DNA from: an uncultured Solirubrobacterales bacterium
GTDB lineage: Bacteria > Actinomycetota > Thermoleophilia > Solirubrobacterales > 70-9
Assembly: GCA_963746675.1 (NCBI GenBank)
Contig: CAVVBX010000020.1
Location: forward strand, 32,647-96,646
DNA length: 64,000 nucleotides
Direction: 5' to 3'
Shown one piece after another: positions 39,045 through 49,605 of the stretch (the first letter of the stretch is position 1; each line of letters begins with the position of its first letter). A program made the position numbers and the translations under genes. Under the pieces are notes generated by a model. The model was not told the origin of the DNA. It saw only the letters and a list, made by a program, of their open reading frames with translations, and ran no database searches.

Positions 39045-40018
39045 CGGCGCCTCCGAGCACCTGATCTGCCCGGCGTGCGGTGCGGCCGCCTTGCGGCCGT
39101 GGCGTGCGGCGACCGCGTCGGATCCTCAACTCGCGGGCGACGTGAGCTTCGAGCTGGTCCGATGCGACCGCTGTGGGACGGCGGTGACGATCGGCGACGC
39201 CGACGACCCCGGCGCCCTCTACGAAGCCGGCACGTACGCCGACGCCCGTGGCTGGGCCGCGAGTCTGCTCGGGCCGTTGCGCCGCCTGGCCGAGCGCGAC
39301 AGGCTGCGATTCGTCGACCGCCTGCCGGCCGGCGCCCGGGTGTTGGAGGTCGGCGCCGGGGACGGCGACCTCGTCGCGCGGATGCGCGAGCGCGGCCTCG
39401 ACGCCTGGGGGATCGAGCCGTCGCCCGCCGCCGCCGCGGCGGCGCGGGCGAAGGGGATCGAGGTCGCCAACGTCGGCATCGAGGAGGCCGAGGTCGGGCC
39501 CGGGAGCCAGGACGCGGTCGTCCTCTGGCACTCGCTCGAGCACTTCGACGACCCCGTCGCGGCGCTTCGGCGGATCGTCGCCTGGCTGCGCCCGGGGGGA
39601 ACGATCGTGGTCGCGATCCCGAACCTCGACAGCCTGCAGGCGCGGATCGGCGGCGATCGGTGGTTCCATCAGGACGTGCCCAGGCATCGAACCCACTTCA
39701 CGCCGCGCGGGGCGACCGCAGCTGCTCGAACGCACCGGATTTCGGGTCGGCCGCATCCGCCAGCTCCTGGTCGAGCAGAACCCGCTCGGCATGTGGCAGA
39801 CGTTGCTCAACCGGCTCACCATCGAGCGCGACTTCGCCTTTCGGCTGGTCAAGGGCGACCTCGGCGCGACGCCCGGCGCGACCCTGGCCAGGGACATGAT
39901 CGTCACCGTCGTCGCGGGCGCGCTCTCGTCGCCGGTCGCGATCGCGCTCGAGCTGGGCGCCGGCCTCGCCGGGCGGGGTGGCTCGATGGTGATCGAGGCG
40001 TCGGTGAGGGGCCCGTAG
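39040..40018 (+). pseudogene. SAM-dependent methyltransferase with N-terminal 4-Cys zinc ribbon, one apparent frameshift, no canonical start
   Basis: CPACG...CDRCG ribbon. VLEVGAGDGDL motif I. VLWHSLEHFDDP...PGGTIVVAIPN. The frame changes at ~39715 to ...LLERTGFRVGRIRQLLVEQNPLGMWQTLLN..., ending at 40018. The only in-frame start-like codons are ATT 39040 (overlapping the upstream TAG) and CTG 39061. Confidence 0.65.
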
Positions 40019-40020
40019 AG

Positions 40021-40960
40021 GTGGGCGAGCCCTCGGCCACGGTCATCGTCCCGACGCTCGGCGGCGAGCGCCTCGCGCGGATGCTCGAATCGCTGGCGGG
40101 GCAGACGGTGGCCCATCAGACGATCGTGGTCGACAACGGCTCGCCGCCGGAGGCGATCGCGCTCCCCGAGGATCTCGAAGGGGCCGAGATCCTGCGCCTG
40201 GAGCGAAACGTGGGCTACACCCGGGCCGTCAACCTCGGCGTCGAGCGCGCGGACGGCGACGTCGCTCGTGCTGCTCAACGACGACTGCGTGGTCGAGCCG
40301 CCTTTCGTCGAGCGGATCAGTGCCGCGCTCGACCCTTCCGCCGGAATCGCGATGGCGGCCGGCGTGATGCGCGACTGGCGCGACCGATCGCTGATCGACA
40401 GCGCCGGGATGGAGCTCGACCGGACGCTGCTCGTCTTCGACTACCTCAACGGCGAGCCGGTGACGATCCTCGATCGTCCGGTCGAGGATCCCGTCGGGCC
40501 CTCCGGCGCAGCGGCCGCCTTCGACCGGCGGACCTTCATCTCGGCCGGCGGCTTCGACGAGAACCTGTTCGCCTACTGGGAGGACGTCGACCTGGTCCTG
40601 CGCCTGCGCAGCCTCGGGGTGCGCTGCGCGCTCGCCGCCGGCGCGATCGGCGATCACGAGCACTCGGCCACGCTCGGATCGGGCTCGGCGCGCAAGAACT
40701 ACCTGATGGGCTTCGGGCGCGGGTACGTGCTACGCAAGTGGGGCGTCCTGACACCGCCTCGGATCGGTCCGGTGTTGTTGCGCGAGGGGGCGCTGTGCGC
40801 GGGGCAGGCGGTGATCGATCGCAACCTCTCGGGCCTGCGCGGCCGGGTGCACGGATACCGCCGCGCCGAGCCACTCGAGCGCTACCCGGCGGAGCTGCCG
40901 TTGGCGCGCTCGCACGGCGCCGTCTCGACCCTGCGCCGGCGCGCCCTACGCCGGGCGCGA
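40021..40960 (+). pseudogene. GT2 glycosyltransferase domain, one apparent frameshift
   Basis: GTG 40021. TVIVPTLGGERL, VVDNGS, NVGYTRAVN. The frame changes at ~40265 to LVLLNDDCVV...FDRRTF...FDENLFAYWEDVDL. No stop codon before the following GT4 domain, so the 3' boundary is approximate. Confidence 0.65.
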
Positions 40961-40989
40961 CTGCGATCTCGGAGATCCTCGCCAGCCCC

Positions 40990-42176
40990 CGCCGCCCCGG
41001 ACACGCTCGCCGTCTTCCATCTCGCCGACACGAGCGGCCCCTCGCGCTCGCTCGAGGCCGAGATGCGCTGGCTCGGCGACGCCGGGACGCTGACCATGGT
41101 CGTCCCGGACTTGGGGGCGACAGCCCGATCGCTGGCCGATGCGGGCGAGGTGATCGCGCTCGACTACGAGGCGCTGACGATGCCCTCGGGAGGCGTGCTC
41201 GGCGCCCTCGGCGAGTCGCGACGGCTGGCGCGCGACGTGCGCATGTTCCGGCGCGAGATCCGCCGCCGCCGGCCGGGGCTGGTGGTCCAGGTCACGACGA
41301 TGCTGCCCGCGGTCGCGATCGCGGCCTCGCTCGAGCGGCTGCCCGTGCTGGTCTACTGCGGCGAGCTCTTCGACCGCCGGTTCGCGGCCGGTGGCGTCGG
41401 GCGGGCGCTCGGCGGACGGCTGCTCCTGGGGCTGACCGGGCGAACGGCGGACGGGATCGTCGCCTGCTCGAAGGCCGTGGCGGCGCAGTTCGACGGTGCG
41501 CCCGCCGCGGTCGAACTGGTGTACCCGCCGATCGGCGACCACTCGGGTGGTGACGGGCCCGGACTGCGAGCCCGCCACGGTATTCCCGCGGGCGCCCCGC
41601 TGCTCGCGGCGGTCGGCAACCTGACCGAGGGCCGGGGTCAGGACCTGCTGATCGGCGCGATGCCGGCGATCCTGCAGCGGGCCCCGGAGGCACGCTGCCT
41701 GATCGCCGGCGAGGCGTTTCCACGGCCTCAGGATCTCGACTACCGGGATCGCCTGCTGGCGCTGATCGGGGACCTGCGCCTCGCCGGACGGGTGATCCTG
41801 GCCGGGCCACGTCGAGCGCGTGGCCGACGTCTACGCAGCGGCCGACCTGATCGTCAACCCGGCTCGCGCCGCTGAGTCCTTCGGCCGGGTGGCCTTCGAG
41901 GCCGCGACCGCCCGGACCCCTTCGATCGTCACTCGGGTGGGCGCCAGCGAGGAGCTGCTGCGCGACGGCGTCTCGGTGCTGAGCGTCGCGCCGGAGGACT
42001 CTGGAGCGATCGCGGGCGCGGCCGGCCGGCTGCTTTCAGAGCCCGGCCTCGGCGGCATGCTGGCCGCGGGCGCCGCGGAGGTCGCTGCCGAGCGCCTGCG
42101 GCCCGAGCAGGGCCTGGCCGGGTTTCAGCGGGCGGTCGAGGCGACGCTCGCGCGCGCCCGTTCGCCTCGCCCCTAG
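40990..42176 (+). pseudogene. GT4 glycosyltransferase domain, one apparent frameshift (possibly fused to the preceding GT2)
   Basis: LAVFHLADTSGPSRSL... The frame changes at ~41805 to HVERVADVYAAADLIVNPARAAESFGRVAFEAATARTPSIV. No canonical start codon, so the 5' boundary is approximate. Confidence 0.6.
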
Positions 42177-43039
42177 ATCTCCTCGGCGATTCGCGGCGCT
42201 CCGCGGTTGAACGCCCACACGCTGAGCACGCAGGTCGCCACGAACAGCAGCGCCGGGATGATCACCAGGAGCGGGTTGCCGTCCGCCGCTTCGACCGCGC
42301 CGGGGGCGGTCGGGTCGATGATCCACTCGCGCGCCTGCTCGAAGATCGGGCTCAGCGGGTTGCACATGACGACCTCTTTGAACGGCGACTGCGGAATATT
42401 GATCGGATAGAGCACCGGCGTCGCGTAGAAGAGCATCGTCGAGAGCACGGTCCAGATGATCGAGACGTCGCGCACCCGTACGAAGAGGACGGCGAGCAAC
42501 ATCGAGACGGCAGTGGTGATCAGCACGATCGCCCCGATCAGCAGCGGGGTGAGGATCCAGGTCCAGACCGGCTCGACCCCGTAGCCGATCAGGAAGATGA
42601 AGACGACGACGAGGCTCAGGGCGAGCTGGAGCGCGTTCGTGATCACCACCGCGAGCGGGATCACGAGGCGCGGGAACTGCATCTTGCGAACCACGTTCTC
42701 GCTCCGCACCACCGAGGTCACGGCGTTGCCGGTGGCATCGGCGAAGAACGTGAACAGCATGATGTTGAACAGCAGCATCGCCGGGTAGTTCTTGACGTCG
42801 TCGCCGAAGCGGAAGACCTGGGTGAAGACCAACAGCAGGACTCCGAACAGCAGCAGCGGACGGAGGAACGACCAGGCGAAGCCCAGGGCCGTTCCGTGGT
42901 AGCCGAGCTTGAACTCGGTGATCGAAGTGAGCCAGAGCAGGTCGAAGAAGCGCCGCGCCCCGCCGCCGAGCGCCGAGGGCCCGGTGATGTCCTGCAGGCC
43001 GGCAGTGCCCGGCCTCGCGGCGCTGTCGGCGGCGCTCAT
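42173..43039 (-). CDS. wzm: ABC-2 type polysaccharide export permease
   Basis: ATG 43039 forms an ATGA overlap with the upstream ATPase stop. Six hydrophobic segments. LTSITEFKLGYHGTALGFAWSFLRPLL is typical of Wzm/TagG. Confidence 0.85.
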   Translation of the reverse strand: MSAADSAARPGTAGLQDITGPSALGGGARRFFDLLWLTSITEFKLGYHGTALGFAWSFLRPLLLFGVLLLVFTQVFRFGDDVKNYPAMLLFNIMLFTFFADATGNAVTSVVRSENVVRKMQFPRLVIPLAVVITNALQLALSLVVVFIFLIGYGVEPVWTWILTPLLIGAIVLITTAVSMLLAVLFVRVRDVSIIWTVLSTMLFYATPVLYPINIPQSPFKEVVMCNPLSPIFEQAREWIIDPTAPGAVEAADGNPLLVIIPALLFVATCVLSVWAFNRGAPRIAEEI

Positions 43040-44314
43040 TTGCCGCCCTCGTGTTCGACCGAAGCCTCGCAGTCGAGCTGGACCAGGCCACCGAACGGCT
43101 TCAGCCCGTAGACGACGAAGTCGGCGGCATGCTTGCGGAACGCCATCATCTCCATCTGGGGTGCCAACCGGCCGACCGCGCAGTTGAGGTAGTAGTGACC
43201 CGAGGCCAGTGGGTTCGCGACCTGAGCCCGCAGGTGCACCCGCTCGCCCGGCTCGAGCACCCGCTCCGCCTCCGGGCCCTCCAGCCCCCACGGCTCGGGC
43301 GAGAAGATTCCCAGGCCGTCCCCATCGAGGAGCTGAAAGCCGAACATCGGCCGCTCGATCCGCGTCCTCGCCTCGATCGTGATCTCGATCCGGATCGGCT
43401 GGCGCGCCTCCAGGCTCGTTATCGGCTCACCCGCTTCGTCGACGATCCGGACGTCGACGAACTTCGCCACGTCGGCGCCACCGCGAAACCGCACGTCCTC
43501 GGACTCCTTGTCCGCCCGGCGGTGCTCGAAGTTCAGCTTCAGGTAGCGCCGGGCGACGTCGCCGGCGTCGCCGGACTGCAGGATCCGCCCGCCCTCGAGC
43601 AGGATCGCGCGGTCACAGTGCCCCTGGACCGTCTGCATGTCGTGGGTGACGAGCACGATCGGTGCGCCCCTCGCGGTGCAGCCGGCTGAAGGCGTCGAAC
43701 GACTTCTGCTGGAAGGCCGCGTCGCCGACCGCCAGCACCTCGTCGATCAGCAGCACGTCGGCGTCGACCTGGGTCAGCAGCGAGAAGCCGAGCCGGACCA
43801 GCATCCCCGAGGAGTAGTTCTTGAGCTTCAGCTCGGAGAACTCCTCGAGCTCGGCGAACTCGATCACCTCGTCGAAGCGCCGGCGCGCCTCGCGCGGGGT
43901 GAGGCCCATCATCACGCCGTTGAGGACGACGTTGTCGTGCGCGCTCAGCTCGAGGTTGAAGCCGACGCCGAGCTCGATGAACGGGACCACGCGGCCGGCG
44001 ATCCGGATCCGGCCCGCGTCGGCGCTGTAGATGCTGCCGAGCAGCTTCAGCAGGGTGCTCTTGCCGGAGCCGTTGCGGCCGACGATGCCGAAGAACTCGC
44101 CGCGCTCGACGTCGAAGCTGACATCGTCGAGCGCCTGCAGGCGCCGGTACTCGGCGCGCTCGAACGGTCTCACGGCCCGCTCCTTGAGCGTGTCGCGCTT
44201 CTGGGTCGGGATCATGTAGCTCTTCGAGAGGCCCTGGACGTCGATCGAGATCTCGCGTGGGCTGGTCTCCGGGGCCGAGAGGACCTCGGCGGCTGATTTG
44301 GTTTCGGTGGTCAT
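43036..44314 (-). pseudogene. wzt: polysaccharide export ABC ATPase with extra C-terminal (Wzt_C-like) domain, one apparent frameshift
   Basis: GRNGSGKST, YSSGMLVRLG, LLIDEVLAVGD. The frame changes at ~43660 (SRLHREGR / TIVLVTHDMQTV). A ~190-aa beta-rich C-terminal domain follows the ATPase. Confidence 0.8.
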
Positions 44315-44347
44315 CGTCTGGGACCCGATCGGGCGCTCAGATTACAT

Positions 44348-46284
44348 TCAGTCCGGCGATCGGCCGTGGCCGAGCACGCGGCGCGCGCGGCGCGCGCGAT
44401 CGACCGAGCGACGGATCGGTAGCGTGAGGCGACCGAACCGGTTCTCGTACAGGGCCTCGAACTGGCGCTCGCGCTCGGTGGCGGCCGAGAACAGCTGCTG
44501 GGTCAGCACCGGCATCGCGGCCAGTAGCTCGCGGGGGGCGCTGGAATAGGCATCGAGGATCGCGCTGCGCCGACGCGACTGCTCGACGATCGACATCGGC
44601 GCAAGAGAGCCCGGAGAGCCGATCACCAGAGGCTCCGGCAGAACCTCGATCCGCATCCCGGCGATGGCGGCACGGCAGAGCAGGTGATGACCGCGATCCG
44701 CCAACTCCACCTCGCCCGACAGGCCGCCGAGCCGCTCGAGAGCGTCACGCCGGATCATGAACGCCGCATCGCCGAAGCATCGGCGCAGCAGCCCGGCGAT
44801 TGGTGGGCCGCCCACCGGCACCCGGGTCACCTCGTCACGGCCACCCGCCGCGCGCGCGGTTACGGCCAGGGCGATCACCTCGGCGTCGGAGATGCCGGCG
44901 GCGCGCTCGAGCGTCTCCATCGCCCCGTCGGCGAGAAGGGAGCCGGGTGGGAGGAAGAGGATGGTGTCGGCGTCGTGGGTCTCGGGCTCGGAGCCGAGCT
45001 CGGCCACGCCGATGCTCGGCGCCGGGCGCGCGCCGCCGGGGCCCGGCGCGGTTGGCATCACCGCGGCGTGCCAGTACACGTGAGCGTCGCGGCAGGCGCT
45101 TGCGTCCACCGCTGCGCGAGGAACGTCGAGCGTCTCGGCCGAGACGGCGTCGGCCAGCCGCTGAGCCAATTCGGCGGTTCCGCGGGATGAAGATCGCGGC
45201 CGGTCCGCCTCGGGGTCGAACGTCGCCCGTGCCAGGTCCCGCGGGTCGATCAGCTCGGCGGTGCCGCCGACGCGCGAGGCGATGAACGGGATCTCGAGGG
45301 CGAGCGCCTCGTAGACGGTGTTCGGCGAGTTGTCGGCGAGCGACGGGATCACGGTCATCCGCCGCCCCGGCGAGCGCAGGTAGGCGAGCGCGTCGGGCTG
45401 GCCGAGGTCGTCGACGATCTCCACCGGCCACGGCCAGCGTGCCTGGCGACGGCGCAGGTACTCGTCGCCGGCATCGACGCCGTCGATCGACGCTCGCTTG
45501 CCGAGGAAGGTCGACCTTGCATCCGGCGCCGCGATCGCTGCTCGGCGAGCAGGTCGAGGGCGTCGCAGAACACCCGCAGGCCCTTGCGCGGCTCGAGCCG
45601 GCCGAAGAACACGAGCTCGGTCGGCTCGGTCGCTGCGACGGGCGGTCGCCGGCTCCAGTGTCGGCTGCGGCGCGCGAGCGCACGTACTGCTGCACGAAGT
45701 GGCGCTCGGGCAGCTTCCAGTCCCTGGCGCGCATCCAGTCGAGCATGTAGGCGCTCGGGCTGATCAGCGACGTCGCAGAGCTCGACGCAGCGGCGCTCGA
45801 TGAAGTCGTCGGCGAAGTCGTCGAGCGCCTGGAACAGGGTCCCGTTGGACTCCAGCACCCAGCTGGTCGAGCTGTGCGGTCCGACCGCGATCGTCGTCTG
45901 CTCGAACGCGATCCCGAGCCGCGGCGCGCAGATCGTGTAGTAGCCGTGGCCGAGGACCTCGGGGAAGTGGATGACGTCGAAGGGCCGCTCGCGCTCCAGC
46001 TCGCGCAGCCACCGATACGCCTGGTATGAGCGGACCGCATGGCGGTGCCCTGTCTCCAGCCGCTCGCGCGGTCGCCTGCGGCAGGCGCTGCAGGTCGATC
46101 CCGCGCTCGCGATAGCGACGCACCCAGTGGCCGAACGGCTCGGCCGTCGGATCCGTCCCAGCCCGTGAACAGCAGCGTCACCTCGTGCTCGGCCTCGGCC
46201 AGGGCCTCGGCGAGCGAGGTGTACGCCGTGCCGATCCCCCCGTGTTCGGGTCGGGCCGACGAACTCGTAGCTGGCGATGCACAC
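44348..46284 (-). pseudogene. GT4 glycosyltransferase with C-terminal GT-A-like/coiled-coil extension, heavily frameshifted
   Basis: GTG 46284 (VCIASYEFVGP). The pieces GGIGTAYTSLAEALAEAEHEVTLLFTGW, FDVIHFPEVLGHGYY, LISPSAYMLDWMRARDWKLPERHFVQQYV, ELVFFGRLEPRKGLRVFCDAL and VIPSLADNSPNTVYEALALEIPFIASRVGG lie in three frames. About 6 or more frame changes are needed. Confidence 0.65.
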
Positions 46285-46403
46285 GCGGGGCTCGGCGCCT
46301 CGCCGGCGGCAGGCTTGCGCCCGGGTCGAAGCCGAGCCCGCAGCGGCCCCGGGGCAAGCGCCGCGCGTACCTCGGCCCGGGCGGTTTCGCGATACGGCGC
46401 AGG

Positions 46404-47541
46404 TCATCCCCGCCCTGCGGCCCGAGCGATCCGTGCCGCGTCGGTGAGGCCGATCCAGACGGTCTCCAGCCCGGCTCGCGCGAGCAGGGCGAGCAGCGCC
46501 TCGGCGTTCCAGCGCGCCGTGCCGGCGTCTCGAGGCGGGCACGAGCTCGCGGTCGACGGTCGAGACCAGCGCCGCCGGGACATCATCGAGCAGCTGCCGC
46601 AGCTCGGCGAGCGCCGGGCTCGGGTCCTCGAGCTCCTCCAGCAGGCAGTCGCAGACCACCAACGAGTTCTCGGCCGCCTCGCGGGCGGCGGTCGGCAGCT
46701 GCGCGCCCGGCTCCCAGGCAAGCGTCTGGGCACCTGGGGCGCCAGCGCTCGCACCGATTCCAACTCGGGCTCGAGATCGAGCGCGAGCACCGGGACCCGC
46801 GCGGCGAGCTCGGCCAGCCGCTCGGGCGCGCGGCAGCCCAGGGCGACGACGCCCTCGGCTCCGAGCCGCAGGACGAGGTCGACGGTCAGCCGGGCGAGGT
46901 CGGACACGTCAGACGCGCGGTTGGCGATCACGCGGTACGCCGAGGCGATCGAGTGGACGTGCTCGGTGGAGGTTCGGCACTTGTAGCGCAGGGCCGGGAA
47001 GAGGACGCCTTCGAGCGCGCGCGCCGAGAGGTCGCGCTTCGGTCCCAGCCACTCGCGCGCGATCCAGGCAAGGGTGACGTAGACGGAGTGGACCCCGCCC
47101 GACGTCGGCGACCTCGAACCCGTGACGCTCGACCTCGCGTCGAGGCCATCGATCGTGTAGCGCTGATAGTCGGTCGGATCGAGGTGCTCGGGCTGCATGA
47201 ACGGCACGCACAGATACAGGACGCCCGCCGGGCTTGCAGACGCGCTCGAACTCCGCCAGCACCTCCTCGGGGTTCTCGACGTGCTCGAGCACCGCGTTGC
47301 AGATGATCGCGTCGAAGGATCCGTCCTCGACCGGGATCTGGTGCAGCGGCGCCGCGTAGTGGATGTGCGGGGCCGCCTTGATGTCCTGATTGAAGAGCTC
47401 GCCCTCGACCAGGTCGCTGATGTCGCGGCTGCCGGCGCCCGCGTTGAGGACCCGCCCGGAGAAGAGATGCCGGTACGGCAGCAGCTCGTTTTCGAGCGGC
47501 GGAAAGATGTCCTGCATGGCGAGACCCCTGCTAATGCCCAT
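46404..47541 (-). pseudogene. tandem methyltransferase-like domains, multiply frameshifted
   Basis: VLNAGAGSRDIS, FDAIICNAVLEHVENPEEVLAEFERVCKPGG, then VPFMQPEHLDPTDYQRYT in another frame. The second part is VLALDLEP...VVCDCLLEELEDPSPALAELRQLL...WNAEALLALLARAGLE. The likely start is ATG 47517 (MQDIF). Confidence 0.6.
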
Positions 47542-47604
47542 TTAGCGGAATACTAAGGGTGGTATCGGGTCGGGTCGGCATGGAAAGCCGGGCCGGGAGA
47601 GGGG

Positions 47605-48548
47605 ATGTGGAAAATGATCGCTTTCTGTTCCGCGGTCACGTCACAGGACAAGTACGAGCGCTTCGCGCTCCCGGGTTGCCGGCTGGCCGCCGAGGCCGAC
47701 TCGGTGTTGATCGCGGCGCCGAACGAGGGCAGCACCCTGTCGCAGGGTTACAACGGGATCCTCGATCAGCTCGCCGAGCGGGACGAGCTCGAGGCCGTGG
47801 TGCTCCTGCATCAGGACCTCGAGATCCGCAACCCGGACTTCGTTGAAGTCGTCCGCGGCTGCCTTGCCGACCCCGAGGTGGCGATCATCGGCGCCGCGGG
47901 TGCGCCGCGGGTGCGCGGTCTCGACTGGTGGGAGCCCGGCCCCGTGATCGGCGACTTCGAGTGGGCGTACCAGCGCGACGGCGGCGGCACCGTGGCGAAG
48001 GACAACTGGACCAACTTCGTCGAGGTCACCGGCGTGCATCCGGTCGCCGCCGTAGACGGGATGATCCTGGTCTCTCGAGCTGGGCGGCGCGAAACCTGCG
48101 CTTCGACGAGGAGATCGACCCATCCGCGCACGGCTACGACATCGACCTCTGCTTCCAGGCCACCGAGGCGCGCAAGCAGATCGTCGTCGCGGGCCTCGGG
48201 GTGACCCACCACCACGAGCTCGAGGTGATGATGAGCTACGAGGATTGGATCAAGGCCCACATCCGGATCGCGGAGAAGTGGGAGGGGCGGCTCGCCAAAG
48301 CGGGCCGCGAGGGCGATTGGAAGGAGCGCGCCCGTCGCGCCGAGGCCGAGGCCGGCGCGGCGAAAATCGACAGGGACTCGTTGAGCATGCTTCGCAACGA
48401 AGCCGACCGCAAGGCGGGGATGTTCTGGGAGCGGATCGTCACCCTCGAGCGCCGCCAACGAGTCCTCAAGCGCCTCGCCGGGCCCCTGAAGGGCCCGATG
48501 ATCGCCGCGCGCCGGCGCAAGGAGCGGGTCGCCGGACGGTTGCCCTGA
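47605..48548 (+). pseudogene. GT-A (Glyco_tranf_2_5-like) protein with C-terminal coiled coil, one apparent frameshift
   Basis: MIAFCSAVTSQDKYERF, LSQGYNGIL, VVLLHQDLEI. The frame changes at ~48070 to LSSWAARNLRFDEEIDPSAHGYDIDLCFQ...THHH. The C-terminus is Arg/Glu/Ala-rich helical. Confidence 0.7.
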
Positions 48549-48555
48549 GCGCGGC

Positions 48556-49542
48556 TCAGTCGCCCTGCATGGCGCGCCGCAGACGTTCCCGGGAGACCGC
48601 TGACCAACCGCCGCGGGCTCTCAGATCCGAGAGCTTTTCGGCCACCGCCAGCGCCCTCGAATCGAGCATCGGGCGCAGCTCGGCCTCGAGCGCGTAGACC
48701 CTGCTCGCCTTTTCGCCGAGATGGATGCGCTCGACCAGTTGGACGACGCGATTTCCCTCCAGGCGCTCGAGCACCGGATGGTCGTGCAGCGGCTCGACGA
48801 GCCGGGCGACCTCGGGCCCCCACCCGGCGTCGGTGGGCCAGAGCACGGCGAACCCGAAGAAGGCCGGGACGCGAGCGAAGCTGAGCCCGTCGCGCGGGCC
48901 GACGAAGTCCTCGATCGCGGTCAACACCCCGTTGCCGGGCCCCCCCTCGTGGGCGGCCACGCAGCTGTAGCGCAGCCCCACCCCCGGCTCGGGGGGGTCC
49001 TTCCAGGGCACCAGGCAGACGTCGTGGGCGAGCGGCTGGCGGTGCTCCTCGGGTATCCGCTCGGGGACGTAGTAGGAATCGCGGCGCGCGTGAGGCCAGC
49101 AGACGTCGTGAAACAGCACGAGCGGAAACCGCGTGTCCGCACAGACCCTCTCGATCGCCCGCAGCTCCTCGCTGACGGTGTAGTAGTTGTGGTCGCCGTC
49201 GATCACGTAGGCGTCGAGCGGCGGCAGGGACGGGATCGCATCCGCGCTCAGCTCCTCGATCAGCTCCAGCCTCGCATTGGTCTCGGCGAGCTCGTAGAGC
49301 TCCGGCTGGGGTAAGGGATCGACTGCGATCACCCGGGCGCGATCGCCACCCCACGCCAGCAGTTCCCGCGTGAAGGCTCCGTACTCGGAGCCGACCTCGA
49401 CCACCGATTGGATCCCGGCCGCGTCGAAGCACCCGAACACCAACTCGCGGTTGTTGGCCAGCGAGTAGCCGGAACGGTCTCGATCGTAGGGGTCGAGCGG
49501 GTCGCCGTCGGTGGCGAAATCGCTCTCTCGGGGGAGGGTCAT
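48556..49542 (-). CDS. class I SAM-dependent methyltransferase-like protein
   Basis: ATG 49542 (MTLPRESDF). VVEVGSEYGAFT motif I, VIAVDP, YVIDGDHNYY. Helical C-terminus. Intact. Confidence 0.65.
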   Translation of the reverse strand: MTLPRESDFATDGDPLDPYDRDRSGYSLANNRELVFGCFDAAGIQSVVEVGSEYGAFTRELLAWGGDRARVIAVDPLPQPELYELAETNARLELIEELSADAIPSLPPLDAYVIDGDHNYYTVSEELRAIERVCADTRFPLVLFHDVCWPHARRDSYYVPERIPEEHRQPLAHDVCLVPWKDPPEPGVGLRYSCVAAHEGGPGNGVLTAIEDFVGPRDGLSFARVPAFFGFAVLWPTDAGWGPEVARLVEPLHDHPVLERLEGNRVVQLVERIHLGEKASRVYALEAELRPMLDSRALAVAEKLSDLRARGGWSAVSRERLRRAMQGD

Positions 49543-49605
49543 CGCCGGGCAGCCTAGATGATTGATATGCGCCTGGATCCGCAGCAACCATCTAGTGTCC
49601 GGCCG

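Noticed and set aside
38836-41553. The 905-aa ORF taken as a single multi-domain protein.
   Set aside because: It merely strings together the in-frame portions of three different genes (methyltransferase, GT2, and noise over GT4). The family motifs switch frames.
42173-42176. The shared palindromic CTAG stop of convergent GT4 and wzm, and other 3'-end overlaps (cysO with GH paralog 1 at 30667..30685; 50489..50505).
   Set aside because: Convergent overlaps of a few to ~20 nt are common in compact GC-rich genomes. There is no evidence of function beyond the lack of terminator space.
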